NCBI GenBank assembly: GCA_951406725.2
Contig: OX597820.1
Coordinates: 82,150,001-82,214,000 of the forward strand
Reading direction: 5' to 3'
Length of the DNA: 64,000 nucleotides
Origin: Octopus vulgaris
Lineage: Eukaryota
Shown: piece by piece, positions 52,056-64,000 of the stretch
How the letters are laid out: each line of letters starts with the position of its first letter
Numbering within the stretch: position 1 is the stretch's first letter
The notes under the pieces: generated by a model
Databases searched by the model: none
Told to the model about the DNA's origin: nothing
The model's input: the letters and a program-made list of their open reading frames with translations, nothing else
Position numbers and translations under genes: made by a program

Positions 52056-52166
52056 TTGGACTACTTTCAGGCGATATTTCAGCCGTAGTTTTTCAATATC
52101 CTGATTTGTTATGTGGCTATAACGTCTGTAGCTCTCATCTATAAGGTCTGCTACATCAACTGATGG
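52056..52166 (-). CDS. TBC1D9: TBC1D9-like exon (PSVDVADLIDESYRRYSHITNQDIEKLRLKYRLKVVQ)
   Basis: Not in ORF track; open frame between tag and gtaagt; resembles the family RLKVIQ segment; phase 0-0. Confidence 0.92.
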
Positions 52167-54374
52167 CTACATGGAAGAACAGAAATATAAGAGACATATA
52201 GATATTTATACATGAAAAGTGTGTGTACGAAACAGATAAAGGCATATTGACAAATGAATGTAAGACAGTCTCACAAACGAGAGAGAGAGAGAGCAGATGG
52301 CTGAATCACAAAGATCCTATATAACCTGACAGAAGCCAGTGTTTGGTGTCATGTGTCCAGCACTGTGTTACATTCAGCACAATGACACTCACTTCTAAAC
52401 AGACAAATCTAGATACACATGGTAAAAGTTATGTTCTGTGTTTGATAGGATATGAAGTGTGTCATCTGTCATACAATATTAAACCCTAACAAAATAGATA
52501 ATATGGAAAAGTATTGTTGTCATTTGGAAGCATTGCACAAAAAGTAGCAGAAAAAGCAGCCATCATTGATTAATCATATAGAAGTGTTATTCTCAGATGA
52601 TAATGCCAGATCACACATTGCTTAAGTCCCTTAGAAAAAGATTACAGCACTCAATATGGCAGTTTTACCTCATCCTTCTTATTCTCTCAACCTTGGTCCA
52701 CCTGATTATCATCTATAATTGCAACAGTATTTAGAGGGGAAATAATTTATTCATCATGAAGAGGTAATGTTGAGTGTTTCTTTGCTTCAAATGCTTGAAG
52801 GATCAACAATTTGCAAATAGATAGGATTGTGTTTACAGTAATGAAAAGTAATATTATTTTGTTTAAATACAAAAATTAAGAGCAAAGAAACATTTATTTA
52901 TTTCCTCTCTTGAGGAAAGAAATAAATGTATGTGTGTGTGTGAGTGTGTATGTGTTTCATTGTCTTGAAATCATGTGATAGTTGTAAATGATTGTCACTG
53001 TCATACAAGCAGCGTCATTCATTTCCAATATTCTGCACAAATATGCCTAACCATGAGGAAATATTAGCTTGCTTGGAACAGATGTGGGTTGGCAACAAGA
53101 AGGGCAACTGGTTGTAGAAAATCTGTTTCAATAAACTTTGTTTGGCCAAAATAATACAGAGTGGAATATCAGACTTGAAATCACTTGGCTGCAAAGCGAA
53201 CTTGTTAACCATTTAGCCATGCCTGTGATGAATACATGCCCACAAAGAATTATATCCATCCCTTTTCTATGTTTAAATGTATAGAATAATACTGTCAGAT
53301 GTTCTTCCTAGTGCTGGCCACTCAACGGTGAGTATAAAATCTGTCTTTTGGTTAGTCAGAAACACTCATCTACACAAATGATTACCACAGCAAGATTTCA
53401 ACATACCATCATGTAGTCAGTAGTCCAGTACCTTAACCTCACTGACGTTATATACTTCATTCAAAATATATGGAATTCATTTTCCATGACACCAGCTCTA
53501 GAGAGATAACCATGTCCTTGACATGACCAAAGAGGCTTCACAATGCCACATATTGCTCACTTGCCAGCTTCTTTACAGAGTGAGAAGCATAGAGTAACAG
53601 AGGCATAAATGATAGTGATGAGACAGATGTATGGTAAGGGGTGGAGTGATAGGACACTCAGTATTCTGAGATTGTTGGTGGGGATGACAGAAGTCTTGGT
53701 TGTATGTTGGCATGAGTGACATGGAGTAATGACAAACCAATACAAATTTCCATACAATGCTATATGGTAGCCTGAAATGCAAGAAATAGTGACCAAATCC
53801 CACTCAAATCAAACTCAACTCTCCTTAAGGAAAAGGCACTGAATAGTATAATCTAAGATACGCAATACTGAAAAAGGACAGATGGCAATATGAGAAATGT
53901 CATTAATTACAGGTCTTGAGATCAGAGCTGGAAACCAGAGGGTAATCTTGTTCAGAAGTTGATCCTTAATATCTTTCAATAAAATGTAAAACAAAATGTT
54001 TGAAATCAGATGTGTCTTTCACAAGTACTTTTATGTGCTCATCAAAGCCATTACACTGTCTATACAGACACCCAGAGGATAGATGATTCAGCTGTATTGA
54101 AGTAGATCAAATCCTAACAACAATGGAAATAGAAATCCTTTGAATACATGTGCTCCCTAAATTGGTCAACTTCTGACATTTCTTCAGTCTCAGAATGTAT
54201 TTTCACAGACTGAACTTTTTAATTAAGCTAAAATTTGAACTCATGACTACACAAGTCTGTAATGCAGCATCAGCCATTACAGATTTTAACTGCAATATGT
54301 CTGTTAATGTGTACCATATCAAAACTATGACAGACCAAGAAGTTAGATTTTTTAGAATGGTTTGCAATACTCAC

Positions 54375-54551
54375 CTTTTGTGGTGTTGATGGCATTGAAG
54401 AAGTGTGTAATACAACAGGCATTGTGGAGTCATGGCTGGTGACATTCTCCAGATAATTGGTCAGAACTGTCATTGCTTCACCATCTTCATGACAGCTTAG
54501 TAATTCTTCACTTTTGTTTTCTAAGATTGTCAAAGCAATTTGGAAAATGAC
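54375..54551 (-). CDS. TBC1D9: TBC1D9-like exon (VIFQIALTILENKSEELLSCHEDGEAMTVL...PSTPQK)
   Basis: End of TBC domain; phase 0-0; donor gtgagt. Confidence 0.94.
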
Positions 54552-55973
54552 CTGCAGTGAGATAAGCAAAGGTCATGCATTTTTGCTTCATAAATAACCA
54601 AATCAAAATAACCACTTAACCCTTTTCTTACCATATTGTTACTGAAAGACAATGTTTGCTCTTACTTTGATTAATTTTGAAAATAAAAATTTAAATAGTT
54701 TCTCCTTTATTGTTTCGTATCCTTAAGTTTTTTTATAGCTTAATTGGCAAAGGAAATACAGCACCTAAAACCTTGAAGGGAAAAAGAATCCTCAATCAGA
54801 TACATTCCATCAGAAAGGAATCCATACAGTCTCCTATACAACGTCACTCACAAACCTTGACTCAACTTGTAGCTTTAGTAAAAACCACTTACCCAGGGTA
54901 CCACAGATTCATGAAAATGTAAAGGAAGCTTCTTAAACATATAGTTATGCTGGCAGTTCACAAGAAATATGGTAAATGTTCTAGGTAACAGAAGACTAAG
55001 AACATTTTTGATTGTCTGGTTTAAGACTCAATTTTGGTTTGTCTTTTATTTGTCTTCTTTGCTTAATTCATTGTAAATATTGAAAATTACATGACAGTTT
55101 GTTTAGGGAACTCTGTAAAATTATACTGCAAATACTTTTTAATCATCAAATCATTCCTTAATATATTCATGAATGTTCCTGCTATAATTACAATAACATT
55201 CAAACCTATTTTATAATAAAGTCAATGACAGGTGTTGTAATACTACTGATAGATGATAATCATCATCATACAGAGATTTGAGGGTAGGAAGCTCACTGGA
55301 GGATCTGTTGAAAATAAAACTACCACATACTACACATATAACATATAACTCTGAACTCATAAACTTTCTGCCAGCACACCACCAAAGCTTACTTAATACA
55401 CCAGCCCCAATCTTTTCTATGCTGAAACAACCATTCTCTAGAATTACTTCCATATCATGCTTTCTAAGTTCAATTCAAATGCTTTTACTTCATCAGACTG
55501 GCAAGGCCAGCAAAAGCAATGGGCACTGCTTCTTCTCTCTGAAATAAGTAATAAATAAAAACTATGCAAGATGAAAATATGTTGATACAGTCATATAATG
55601 ATGGCTATAACACTCAATACTACAGCAAGTTACTCAACTCACATTCAACTTCTATGGCATGAAGCCAATGTGAAAGCCTCAACATTGTGTCTCAACCTGC
55701 AAAATACAGTAGCCAAGTCTCCTTGTAATCTTTAAAAAATGGAAGGACACACCCGATAATGTAATTCTTGATATATTACAACTAAACAAATAGATCTGAT
55801 GGTCGTGGCTTCAATGAGCTGACCTAGGGCTAATCAACAACTTCCTTAGTAAATTAACAACCCATTCTTCCTCATCATTTCCAGCAAATATTTAACATTT
55901 CAGATCATGGTTTACAGCAATAATACAATAACAGGTTTTCTAAGCATACAAAGGTTATATAGATTTGACTTAC

Positions 55974-56034
55974 CTTAGCACCATCATAGAAGAAGCAGTC
56001 CAAGATATTCACAGCACAGTTAAATGGCATTACG
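55974..56034 (-). CDS. TBC1D9: TBC1D9-like exon (VMPFNCAVNILDCFFYDGAK)
   Basis: DCFFYDG motif; phase 2-0; donor gtaagt. Confidence 0.95.
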
Positions 56035-56079
56035 CTAGAGATAGAAGAAGAAAATATATATATATATATATATACACAC

Positions 56080-56118
<39 letters not shown>

Positions 56119-56119
56119 T

Positions 56120-56475
56120 GCCAGCAGACTCGCAGCCATAGGTCTGTGGTTTCAATTCCCAGATTGGGCATTGCGAGTGTTTATTGAGCGAAAACACTTA
56201 AAGCTCCACAAAGCTCCAGGCAGAGGGTGGTGGCAAAACCTGCTATACTCTTTCACCACAATTTTCTCTCACTCTTTCTTCCTGTTTCTGTTGTACCTGT
56301 ATTTCAAAGGGCCAGCCTTGTCACAATCTGTGTTACACTGAATCTCTCTGAGAACTACATTAAGGGTACATGTGTCTGTGGACTGCTCAGCCACTTGCAC
56401 ATTAATTTCACAACCAGGCTGTTCTGTTGATTGGATCAACTGGAACCCTTGTCATCGTAACTGATGGAGTGCCGT
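56120..56475 (+). mobile_element. SINE family B, diverged
   Basis: Similarity to 21294-21675. Confidence 0.85.
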
Positions 56476-57459
56476 AGTATTAAAACTTCATTTGCGTCAA
56501 AACAGTTTCGTCACTTTGAAACCATGACCTGTTCACTGACAAAACTTCACAAAAGTGATGCAACATGAAGTTTTGTCTGTGAACAGCACACACACACACA
56601 CACACATTGTCTTTCATTTGTGTGCATGTGTATGTGTGTGTGCGAGTATGTCTTGATGTGTGGAAGTTGTGAATAAGGTGCAAGTTTCGAGTACTTGTCG
56701 GTAACTTTTTGTTTTTTTTCTCATCTTCTAATTACTCAATTTTCTAGATTCTTTTCACAGCTATCCTATGTTCAAAAATTATACAGGTTGTTTAAAAAAT
56801 TTTCATTCAATAAATAATGATTTTACATTATACATACATTAAAAGCAAACTAAAACTTAAAAGAGAAAGTGGGAGACTTTGCAAATGAAAATGGAATACT
56901 CTGCAGTGAACACAACGAATATCTAAATTTGTGATGAATTGGACACAGCAAATATTTAAATTTGCAAGAAATTGGAGTTAAACAATTTCAGTAAACTTGA
57001 GAAATTGAAACTAAAGGAAATTTCTTAGAACATGAATTTATAAAAATATTTCCAGGTGGTCAACCCTTTAATAATTGCTTTCTTTTAGTACTTTTAGTAA
57101 TTGTTACATACGTAATTAATAAGTGACTTTCTCCATTATAGTATAGATATATACACACACACACACACATCAATGTGCTGCCACTCCTCTACATCAAGCA
57201 GGTACACAATGCTCCCAGTGGAGTAGTTACAGCTAATGTTACAAGAACGAATGAAAAAGACTATTACAGTAAGTAGGCTTAATTCCAGTCAGAGTGGCAG
57301 CAATAGTAGATGCCATCTAACTGTAGATACCATCCTTTAAAAAATAAAATTAGATTATCATTGAGAGCCTGATCAGTGGAAACAAAAGTAAAACATGAAT
57401 GTAACTGATATAACAATACCACAAGACGAATGTAGACAGAATTAAAGAAGAAGTATCAC

Positions 57460-57571
57460 CTGAGGAACAAAGTGAGGAACCAGGCTAGGGAGATCATACC
57501 AAGAATTCCCATGTGATCTAAACGTTGGTGAAGTTCAGGTAGATTTTCTTTCAAAAGTTCCTCTAAAACAC
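57460..57571 (-). CDS. TBC1D9: TBC1D9-like exon (GVLEELLKENLPELHQRLDHMGILGMISLAWFLTLFLS)
   Basis: WFLTLF TBC motif; phase 1-2. Confidence 0.95.
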
Positions 57572-58373
57572 CTGCAACAAAAGAAAAATAAAAAAAATAA
57601 CAAAACCAAACAAATTGCAATAAATGGATACAAAATATCAATCAGTTCTGATAGATGACTGGTAATTAGCCTATGGACTCTAGAATAATGAATATAAAAA
57701 GGTAACTCCAGTGAAAGCTGAACACAGAATGTTCAGAAACATTATCAAATAACACTGTAGGGTTAAGTAGTTCACTTCTCAATCAAATGGTATGGGGTTC
57801 AGTCCCATGCACAGCACCTTAAGCAAGTGTCTTCTACAATAGACTGAGGCTTTGTAAATGGATTTGATAGACAGAACCAAATTGTAGTGTGTGTGCATGT
57901 GTGCGTGCGTGTGTTTGCACTTCTCTGAAAATTACTGAACTCCAAGAGGAAATGGTAGTAGCCATTTCCTCTGTCAACGCTGGCTTTTGCATCTTCAAAG
58001 ATGTGTAGAATAAGAGGTCCCTTGTTTGAAAAAACAGGTACGAAGTATCCAACTGTAAAACAATGCCTCAATGATGTATTTGACTACCCCATGCCTTGGA
58101 AAACAACAAATTAGGCATAAGTCCAGTAATCTTAAAGGGAAAGGGTTAATCAATACCATCGACCCCAGTACTAGACTGACAATATTTTATCAACCCTAGA
58201 GAGATGAAATGCCACGCTGACCACAACAGGATTTGAACTCAACACAGAAAGCACTGGAGCAAATGCTACAAGGTATTTTGGCCAATGCTAATAAATAACT
58301 CACATTCTATAACTAACACCCACCACCATCATCACATCACAACAACATGGCAGATTTGGAACAGATGACAAAC

Positions 58374-58520
58374 CTTGATCTACCAAAGCACCAACAACTT
58401 TGGTATTGTAATAATTAGGCAGCAGTCGTTCACAGAGAGAGGTGAGAAGCCAAAATGCCTCTTCTTCGTTGGCATAGAGTAACAGGACACTGGTGACAAT
58501 ATTCATTGCTTGACAATATC
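58374..58520 (-). CDS. TBC1D9: TBC1D9-like exon ([49 protein letters not shown])
   Basis: YxQ glutamine-finger motif; phase 1-1. Confidence 0.96.
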
Positions 58521-59048
58521 CTGGCAATAGAAAGGTAAGATTAGTATACAAGAATAAATGGTGGCCTCATTATCATTTTCACTGATAGTGGCAACATAGG
58601 AGACATCATTATCAGTAACAACAACAGAGAATGAAAGTGAAAGAGAGAGATGGAATTAGAACAGTAACAATCATCATCATCAGTAGCAATAACAAGTGGA
58701 ATATCTTCATTCAATGCTGTTATGGAATGAAATATTCATATAGAATGGAATATTGCTACATTTACGAGGCTTTGAATAATCTCCACTAATATCACAAATA
58801 CAAATACATACACACACATCCAGACAAATAGAAATAAATATACAGACATAGACATATACAGAAACACATACACAACATATACACACACAGTGACACAAAT
58901 ATATACAAGAATACATGCAATAATGTGTAACTTTTTCTATGGTATTATGTAATGAATTCCTTTTCCATTTTCACACCCTTCCTAACACAAAACCACCAGA
59001 CAATGAAGTAACAATGTACATCGGAGGCAACAAAGTATAACATAGTAC

Positions 59049-59106
<58 letters not shown>

Positions 59107-59193
59107 CACACACACACACACAATTAGAAATAAAATGAGCTGAGAAAAATAACTCAAGTGCACCAATGACATGGTTAAGGATAATTAACTTAA

Positions 59194-59655
59194 AGGGTGA
59201 TGTGTTAAATGTCATAAACAAAAAAATTCTTAATTGAAATTTCACATTTAGTTAGTAAAAGAAAACAAAGTCCTCTTGGTAATTATGAGCAATGCTCGAA
59301 GAGCAGAGGAGATAATTTCAATAAATTGAAAATTAATTTCTTAAATTTGATTTACATGGACACTGATCAGTAGGCTTGATAAGACTGTGCGATACTGAAA
59401 AGGCTTAACAGATTCAAACACATCCATAATAGGCCCCATTATCTGCAAACAAACATCAGACTGTTTTTATCCAAATATGCAAATTAACTTGAGAAATTAA
59501 TTCTACATTTCTTGAAATTATCTCCCCTGTCCTTTAAGTATCTAGTAATTATCACTAAGTTTCCATGCATAAGTGGAAATTTTATGTGTGAAATTTCCAC
59601 AAATAAAAAAACAGGAAATTTCAGTTAAGAAATTTTTGCATTCAGCACACCGCCT
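59194..59655. mobile_element. Kolobok-like MITE with TTAA flanks and long imperfect inverted arms
   Basis: ttaa|agggtgatgtgttaaatg ... gcattcagcacaccgcct|ttaa; internal arms ggagataatttcaa / ttgaaattatctcc. Confidence 0.65.
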
Positions 59656-60750
59656 TTAATGTGCAAGGACAGGTGGGCGGGTGGATGGATGGACAGACAG
59701 ACAGATAGGGTAGTGCATGAAAAAATAGCCTAGGTTCTGTAATATAGTATCAGTATAGAAATAAATTTACAAACACAAAAGAACATCCAGCCTTTCATTT
59801 GCAAAGCGTCATGTTATTTTTTGCCGAAAAAGTAGGTTTTTAATTACTGTGTACATGTAAAATGATATGGCTTCAACTTAAGACTTTTCACAGCCACTGA
59901 CACGACCTCCCGCTTACGTGAGGCTACTGCACCAATTTAGGTATTGACATCTTTGGACTTTGAGTAATCCTTTGACAAATGTCTTGAATAATTTCCAGCA
60001 TTCGAACTATGAAGTCTCTTCATTTTGGAGCATTCGCAGTGCACCACTTCTTAACCAATATTCGTATCATTCTCTTTGTTAGTAACATTTTGCCAGAAAC
60101 TTGATGTCAGGAACTTCACACACTTGCTTAACACAACCCTTTCTCACTTATGCTTCCACAATCTCAACTCTTTCTACAAGTGAGTATATCATCTTGCAAA
60201 ACAGGCTAGAAAAGTTCACTTGATGCAAGCTTACAATCAACTAATATGTTCATGTGAAGGCACATGGCCAAATGGTTAGGATGTTGTACTCAAGATCACT
60301 AGATTGTTGGTTCAATTCCCAGACTCGGCAATGCACTGTGTTCTTGAGCAAAACACCTCATTTCACATTGCTCTGTGGTTGGGAGAGAGGAAGAACTGCT
60401 GGCACGTTGGCAAAAATGCTTTACAGTAAATCTTTCAGCTCTCTATATCCTGAGTTCAAATCCCACCTGCCTAGAAAAGGTAATTGGAAACTATTCTAGT
60501 ATTCATTCCAAGTCTAGTCATCCCAGAAAGTGCTGGAGAAGGTTCACAAGCACAGTATCTGCCCAAGAGCTGGCCACTGCTAGACTATATATATATATAA
60601 TTAGTTTATCAAACTTTGATATGAGGGAAACCTACAACCTTGTAGGGCCAATAAAGTATTATTGTTCCTAAAAGTTGCTTTTTATACCTACTACAGACTA
60701 CTCAAAGTTTACTAACTTCCTACACCTGGATCTTTGAATCTTAAAATTAC

Positions 60751-60788
<38 letters not shown>

Positions 60789-60922
60789 AGTAGCTGAATG
60801 AATTATCTTAGTATTGATAATTTGGTTAACTGATACCTGGGTAGCAAATTCACGTCAGAAAAACACAGTTGAAGCTACATGCCAAGGGCAGATCTCACGT
60901 GCTTTCGTGTGGAAAATTTGCG

Positions 60923-61104
60923 TGTTTTTTTTAATACAAATAAATGAAAGAATGGAGTTGAACGACGATTTAACAAAATTCCTTTATTCTCGACATATGT
61001 TTCGAACGCTGCAGCCTTCATATGTCGAAAATATGTCGAGAATAAAGGAATTTTGTTAAATCGTTATTCAACTCCATTCTTTCATTTATTTGTATTAAAA
61101 AACA
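60923..61104. repeat. Foldback (~80-bp arms) with half-hammerhead, related to 10651-10965
   Basis: Near-perfect reverse-complement arms; tcGAAAcatatgTCgaga on the minus strand. Confidence 0.88.
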
Positions 61105-61254
61105 TATATATATAACACACATATAAGCCAAGTTTGAAGTGAATGATCATGAACTCAGAAGTGAAAACTGCTAATGATACCAATGATAAAAGATATGGAA
61201 AATGACATGCATTCACTTGTTACATTACAACACTGCATTCATCATTATACTCAC

Positions 61255-61349
61255 CAATAGTAGGGTTCCTCCAGGCATATGCAGTTAAGACTCGGCGGAG
61301 GGCATCAATTCCCAAATCTGTTTGAAAAGCTGGATGTTCGGGTAATGAT
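61255..61349 (-). CDS. TBC1D9: TBC1D9-like exon ([32 protein letters not shown])
   Basis: Conserved TBC segment; phase 2-1; donor gtgagt. Confidence 0.96.
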
Positions 61350-61453
61350 CTAAATAGTAATAATAGTTATAATTATTATTTCTAAGTTTGCCACAAATCA
61401 CAATGAAATAAAGCCAAGTGTGATATCCCACACTAGTATACTGTAAAGTTTAC

Positions 61454-61548
61454 CTGTGTAAATCTCTTTCAATTTCGTCAGTGGCAATGTTATTTTTGCC
61501 TGCACTCTGTTGTACCATGTTGGCATAGTAACCAGGGTTTGTAATCAT
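61454..61548 (-). CDS. TBC1D9: TBC1D9-like exon ([32 protein letters not shown])
   Basis: IxxDxxR arginine-finger motif; ag/gt boundaries; phase 0-2. Confidence 0.95.
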
Positions 61549-61615
61549 CTGGAATTCACAAAAAGATCGAGTCATTTGAATGGTCTATCTATCTATCTAT
61601 TTATGTGTGTATCAG

Positions 61616-62560
61616 CATCATCATTACTTAACATCCACTTCTCATGCTGGCATAGGTAAGAAGGTTTGACAGGAGCTGGCCAGCTGGAGAGCGGCCCAGG
61701 CTCCAAATGTCAATTTTGGCTTGGTTTCTACAGCTCAATGCCCTTCCTAACACCACTCACTTCACTGAAGTACTTGGTGCCTTTTATGTGGCACCAGCAT
61801 GGGTGCTTTTACGTGGCACCTGCACAGGCACTTTCACATGACACTGGCGTGAGTGCTTTTACATGGCATCAGCACAAGTGCTTTCACATGGCAATAGCAC
61901 AAGTGCTTTCACATGGCAATAGCGCAAGTGCTTTCACATGGCATCAGCACAAGTGCTTTCACATGGCATCAGCACAAGTGCTTTCACATGGCAATAGCAC
62001 AAGTGCTTTCACATGGCAATAGCACAAGTGGTTTTACGTGACACTGGCATGGAGGCTTTTATGAGACACTAGCAGAAGTGCTTTTATATGGCACCAGCAC
62101 GGGTACTTTTTAAGTAACACCACCACCTGTGAGCCCTCAAGTAAAGAGCCTCTTGGCTGAGAAAGGGACACGGAGGATATACTTTCATGTATGGAAGGCC
62201 ATAGTTTTACTTAGCTTGATGTGTCTTCTCAAGCACAGCAAACCACCAGAAATTTTGGTCCCTCGTCATCTCCTCTGTGAAGTTCAACATCTGTAGATCC
62301 TTTCTCACTACTTTGATCTACATTTTCTTGGGTCTACCCCTTCCACAGGTTCCTCCACAATTAGAGATAGGCACTTCTTTATGCAGCTGTCATCATCCAT
62401 ACACATCACATGACCATACCAGCACAGTCCTCTCTTGCATCCCAGAATTGATGCCTTTTATACCCAATTTTTCTCTTAAATAATTTACACTTCGTCATAC
62501 ATTCACACTAACATTACCCACCAAGCATAACATGCTAGCTTCATTTCTTTCTTTAAGAAG
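61616..62560 (-). mobile_element. RTE LINE 3' end containing a 21-bp tandem expansion (gcacaagtgctttcacatggcaata-like, ~61790-62110)
   Basis: REKLGIKGI...LCWYGHVMCMDDDSCIKKC...GRGRPKK; (GAT)n tail. Confidence 0.75.
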
Positions 62561-63052
62561 ACTGTGACTTAGCAATTTTTCTAGCAGGTTTGATAAACAC
62601 ATAAAGACTCTTTTTACTACTGGTGTCATGAAAAATGCACTCCATGCACTTTGTAAAGCTTTGGATTTCAAGGACACTTTAATCTTGAGGACATGACACC
62701 TCTCTAATGCTGGTGCCACAAAAAGAAGAGCACCTCTGTAAAGTGGTTGGCATCCAGTCAAAGAAACCAGACCAAAAATGAAATGTGTGTGAGATGATGT
62801 CTTCCAATCCATCTAAGTGTGTAGTACCCCTGAATACATCTGACTCCAACCACATTCATTAGTGCAACCCATGCCAGCATAAAAAAGGAGGCACAAAACA
62901 GTGACGATAATAATACATAATACAGTACAAGAGAATATATGTGAAGTTACAGAAGAATATCATAGAACAGATGTAATTACAGAACAACAGTACAGTAAAA
63001 CAGATGTGAAATTACAAGTCATACATGCATAAACAAAATACAAAATACTTAC

Positions 63053-63161
63053 TTCATTGACAGCACCAGAAAATGTCATCCAAATTTCTCCCCTTAAGTT
63101 ATCAGGAATACCTTTCAGAATAAGTTCTCGGGTTTTGTGTGTTCGATACATACATACTCCT
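63053..63161 (-). CDS. TBC1D9: TBC1D9-like Rab-GAP, first exon in window ([37 protein letters not shown]), start of TBC domain
   Basis: TBC motif GIPxxLRGEIW; donor GAA|gtaagt; acceptor catttcag (an alternative AG at 63211-63212 cannot be excluded). Confidence 0.9.
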
Positions 63162-63299
63162 CTGAAATGTTCACAACAACGAAGATGCTTAGGTACAAGG
63201 GCAATTATTTCTAAAAAGTAAGTGAAAACTGTCCAGAATATTATTGTAATCAACCACAGACAAGTGAAATATTAAGTTAACCATAATGAAATTTAAACT

Positions 63300-63530
63300 T
63301 TAACCCTTTTGATACCAAACCACCTGAGACTGCCTCTGGCTTTATGATACAAACTTCCTGTTTTAAAGTAATTTAAATTAAAACTTTGCATCAAAATTTC
63401 TGATTAATTTATATTCCAAACACCAGCTTAATATAACAAACTTCTTTCACTAAATTCTTTGTTATTTTCAAAATTACCTGAAATTAAAGGCAGTGTGCTT
63501 CAATTAGAAGCATGCTAACAAAACAATTAA
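63300..63530. mobile_element. piggyBac-like MITE
   Basis: Starts TTAA-CCCT, ends ...ttaa; similar to the 51150 copy. Confidence 0.6.
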
Positions 63531-64000
63531 ACTCTGAGCTGATAAATCAAATTCAGTTGGTCTAAAAGTGTTCTCTTTACTATCTGCTTTGCCTTGCATT
63601 GACACACAAGACCATGTACTTTTATAAAAGAGATGTGGTCATTCAAATGCACCTCAGTATATGTCTAGTACTTCATCAATTTCAGAGAGATAAAAGACAG
63701 AGACATTGAAATAATGAATTCAGTACATACTTCAAAGGTACAAGAGATATAAAAGTGGAAGTCAATAAATAAACACAATAAGTTTAATTTGGCTTGCTAT
63801 ATGACTGTTTGTTCTGTGAGTGTGTGTGTGACACACACACACACACACACACAGAGAAATATGTGAATGTGCATGAGCCAAGTGGTTGGGGTGTTGCACT
63901 CATGATTGAGAGATTATGGTTTTGATTCCAAGACTGGCAGCACATTGTGTTTTTGAGCAAAATACTTCATTTTATGTTGCTCCAGTCCTCTCAGCTATAA

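Overview
Repeat-rich, AT-rich eukaryotic DNA. The SINE families and (TA)n/(CA)n load suggest an octopus/coleoid cephalopod, which is an inference. The right 37 kb (27141-63161, minus strand) holds the 3' ~811 codons of a TBC1D9/TBC1D8-family Rab-GAP. I assembled 15 GT-AG exons with consistent splice phases, covering the TBC domain, EF-hand and C-terminal region; the 5' GRAM exons lie beyond the window. The left 27 kb appears intergenic, with tRNA-SINEs, a Tigger/pogo remnant, CR1 pieces and a cluster of Penelope-like element (PLE) fragments. This cluster carries at least 5 hammerhead-ribozyme motifs and several long foldbacks embedded in (TA)n. The introns contain an R4/Dong LINE, RTE fragments and MITEs (hAT, Kolobok-like, piggyBac-like). 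The most notable items are the hammerhead/foldback cluster, a three-way competing long-range RNA pairing in the 11-kb intron overlapping cryptic splice sites, a foldback centred on head-to-head TTAGGG repeats, a pre-miRNA-sized hairpin, and candidate alternative exons. Repeat boundaries were read by eye and are approximate.
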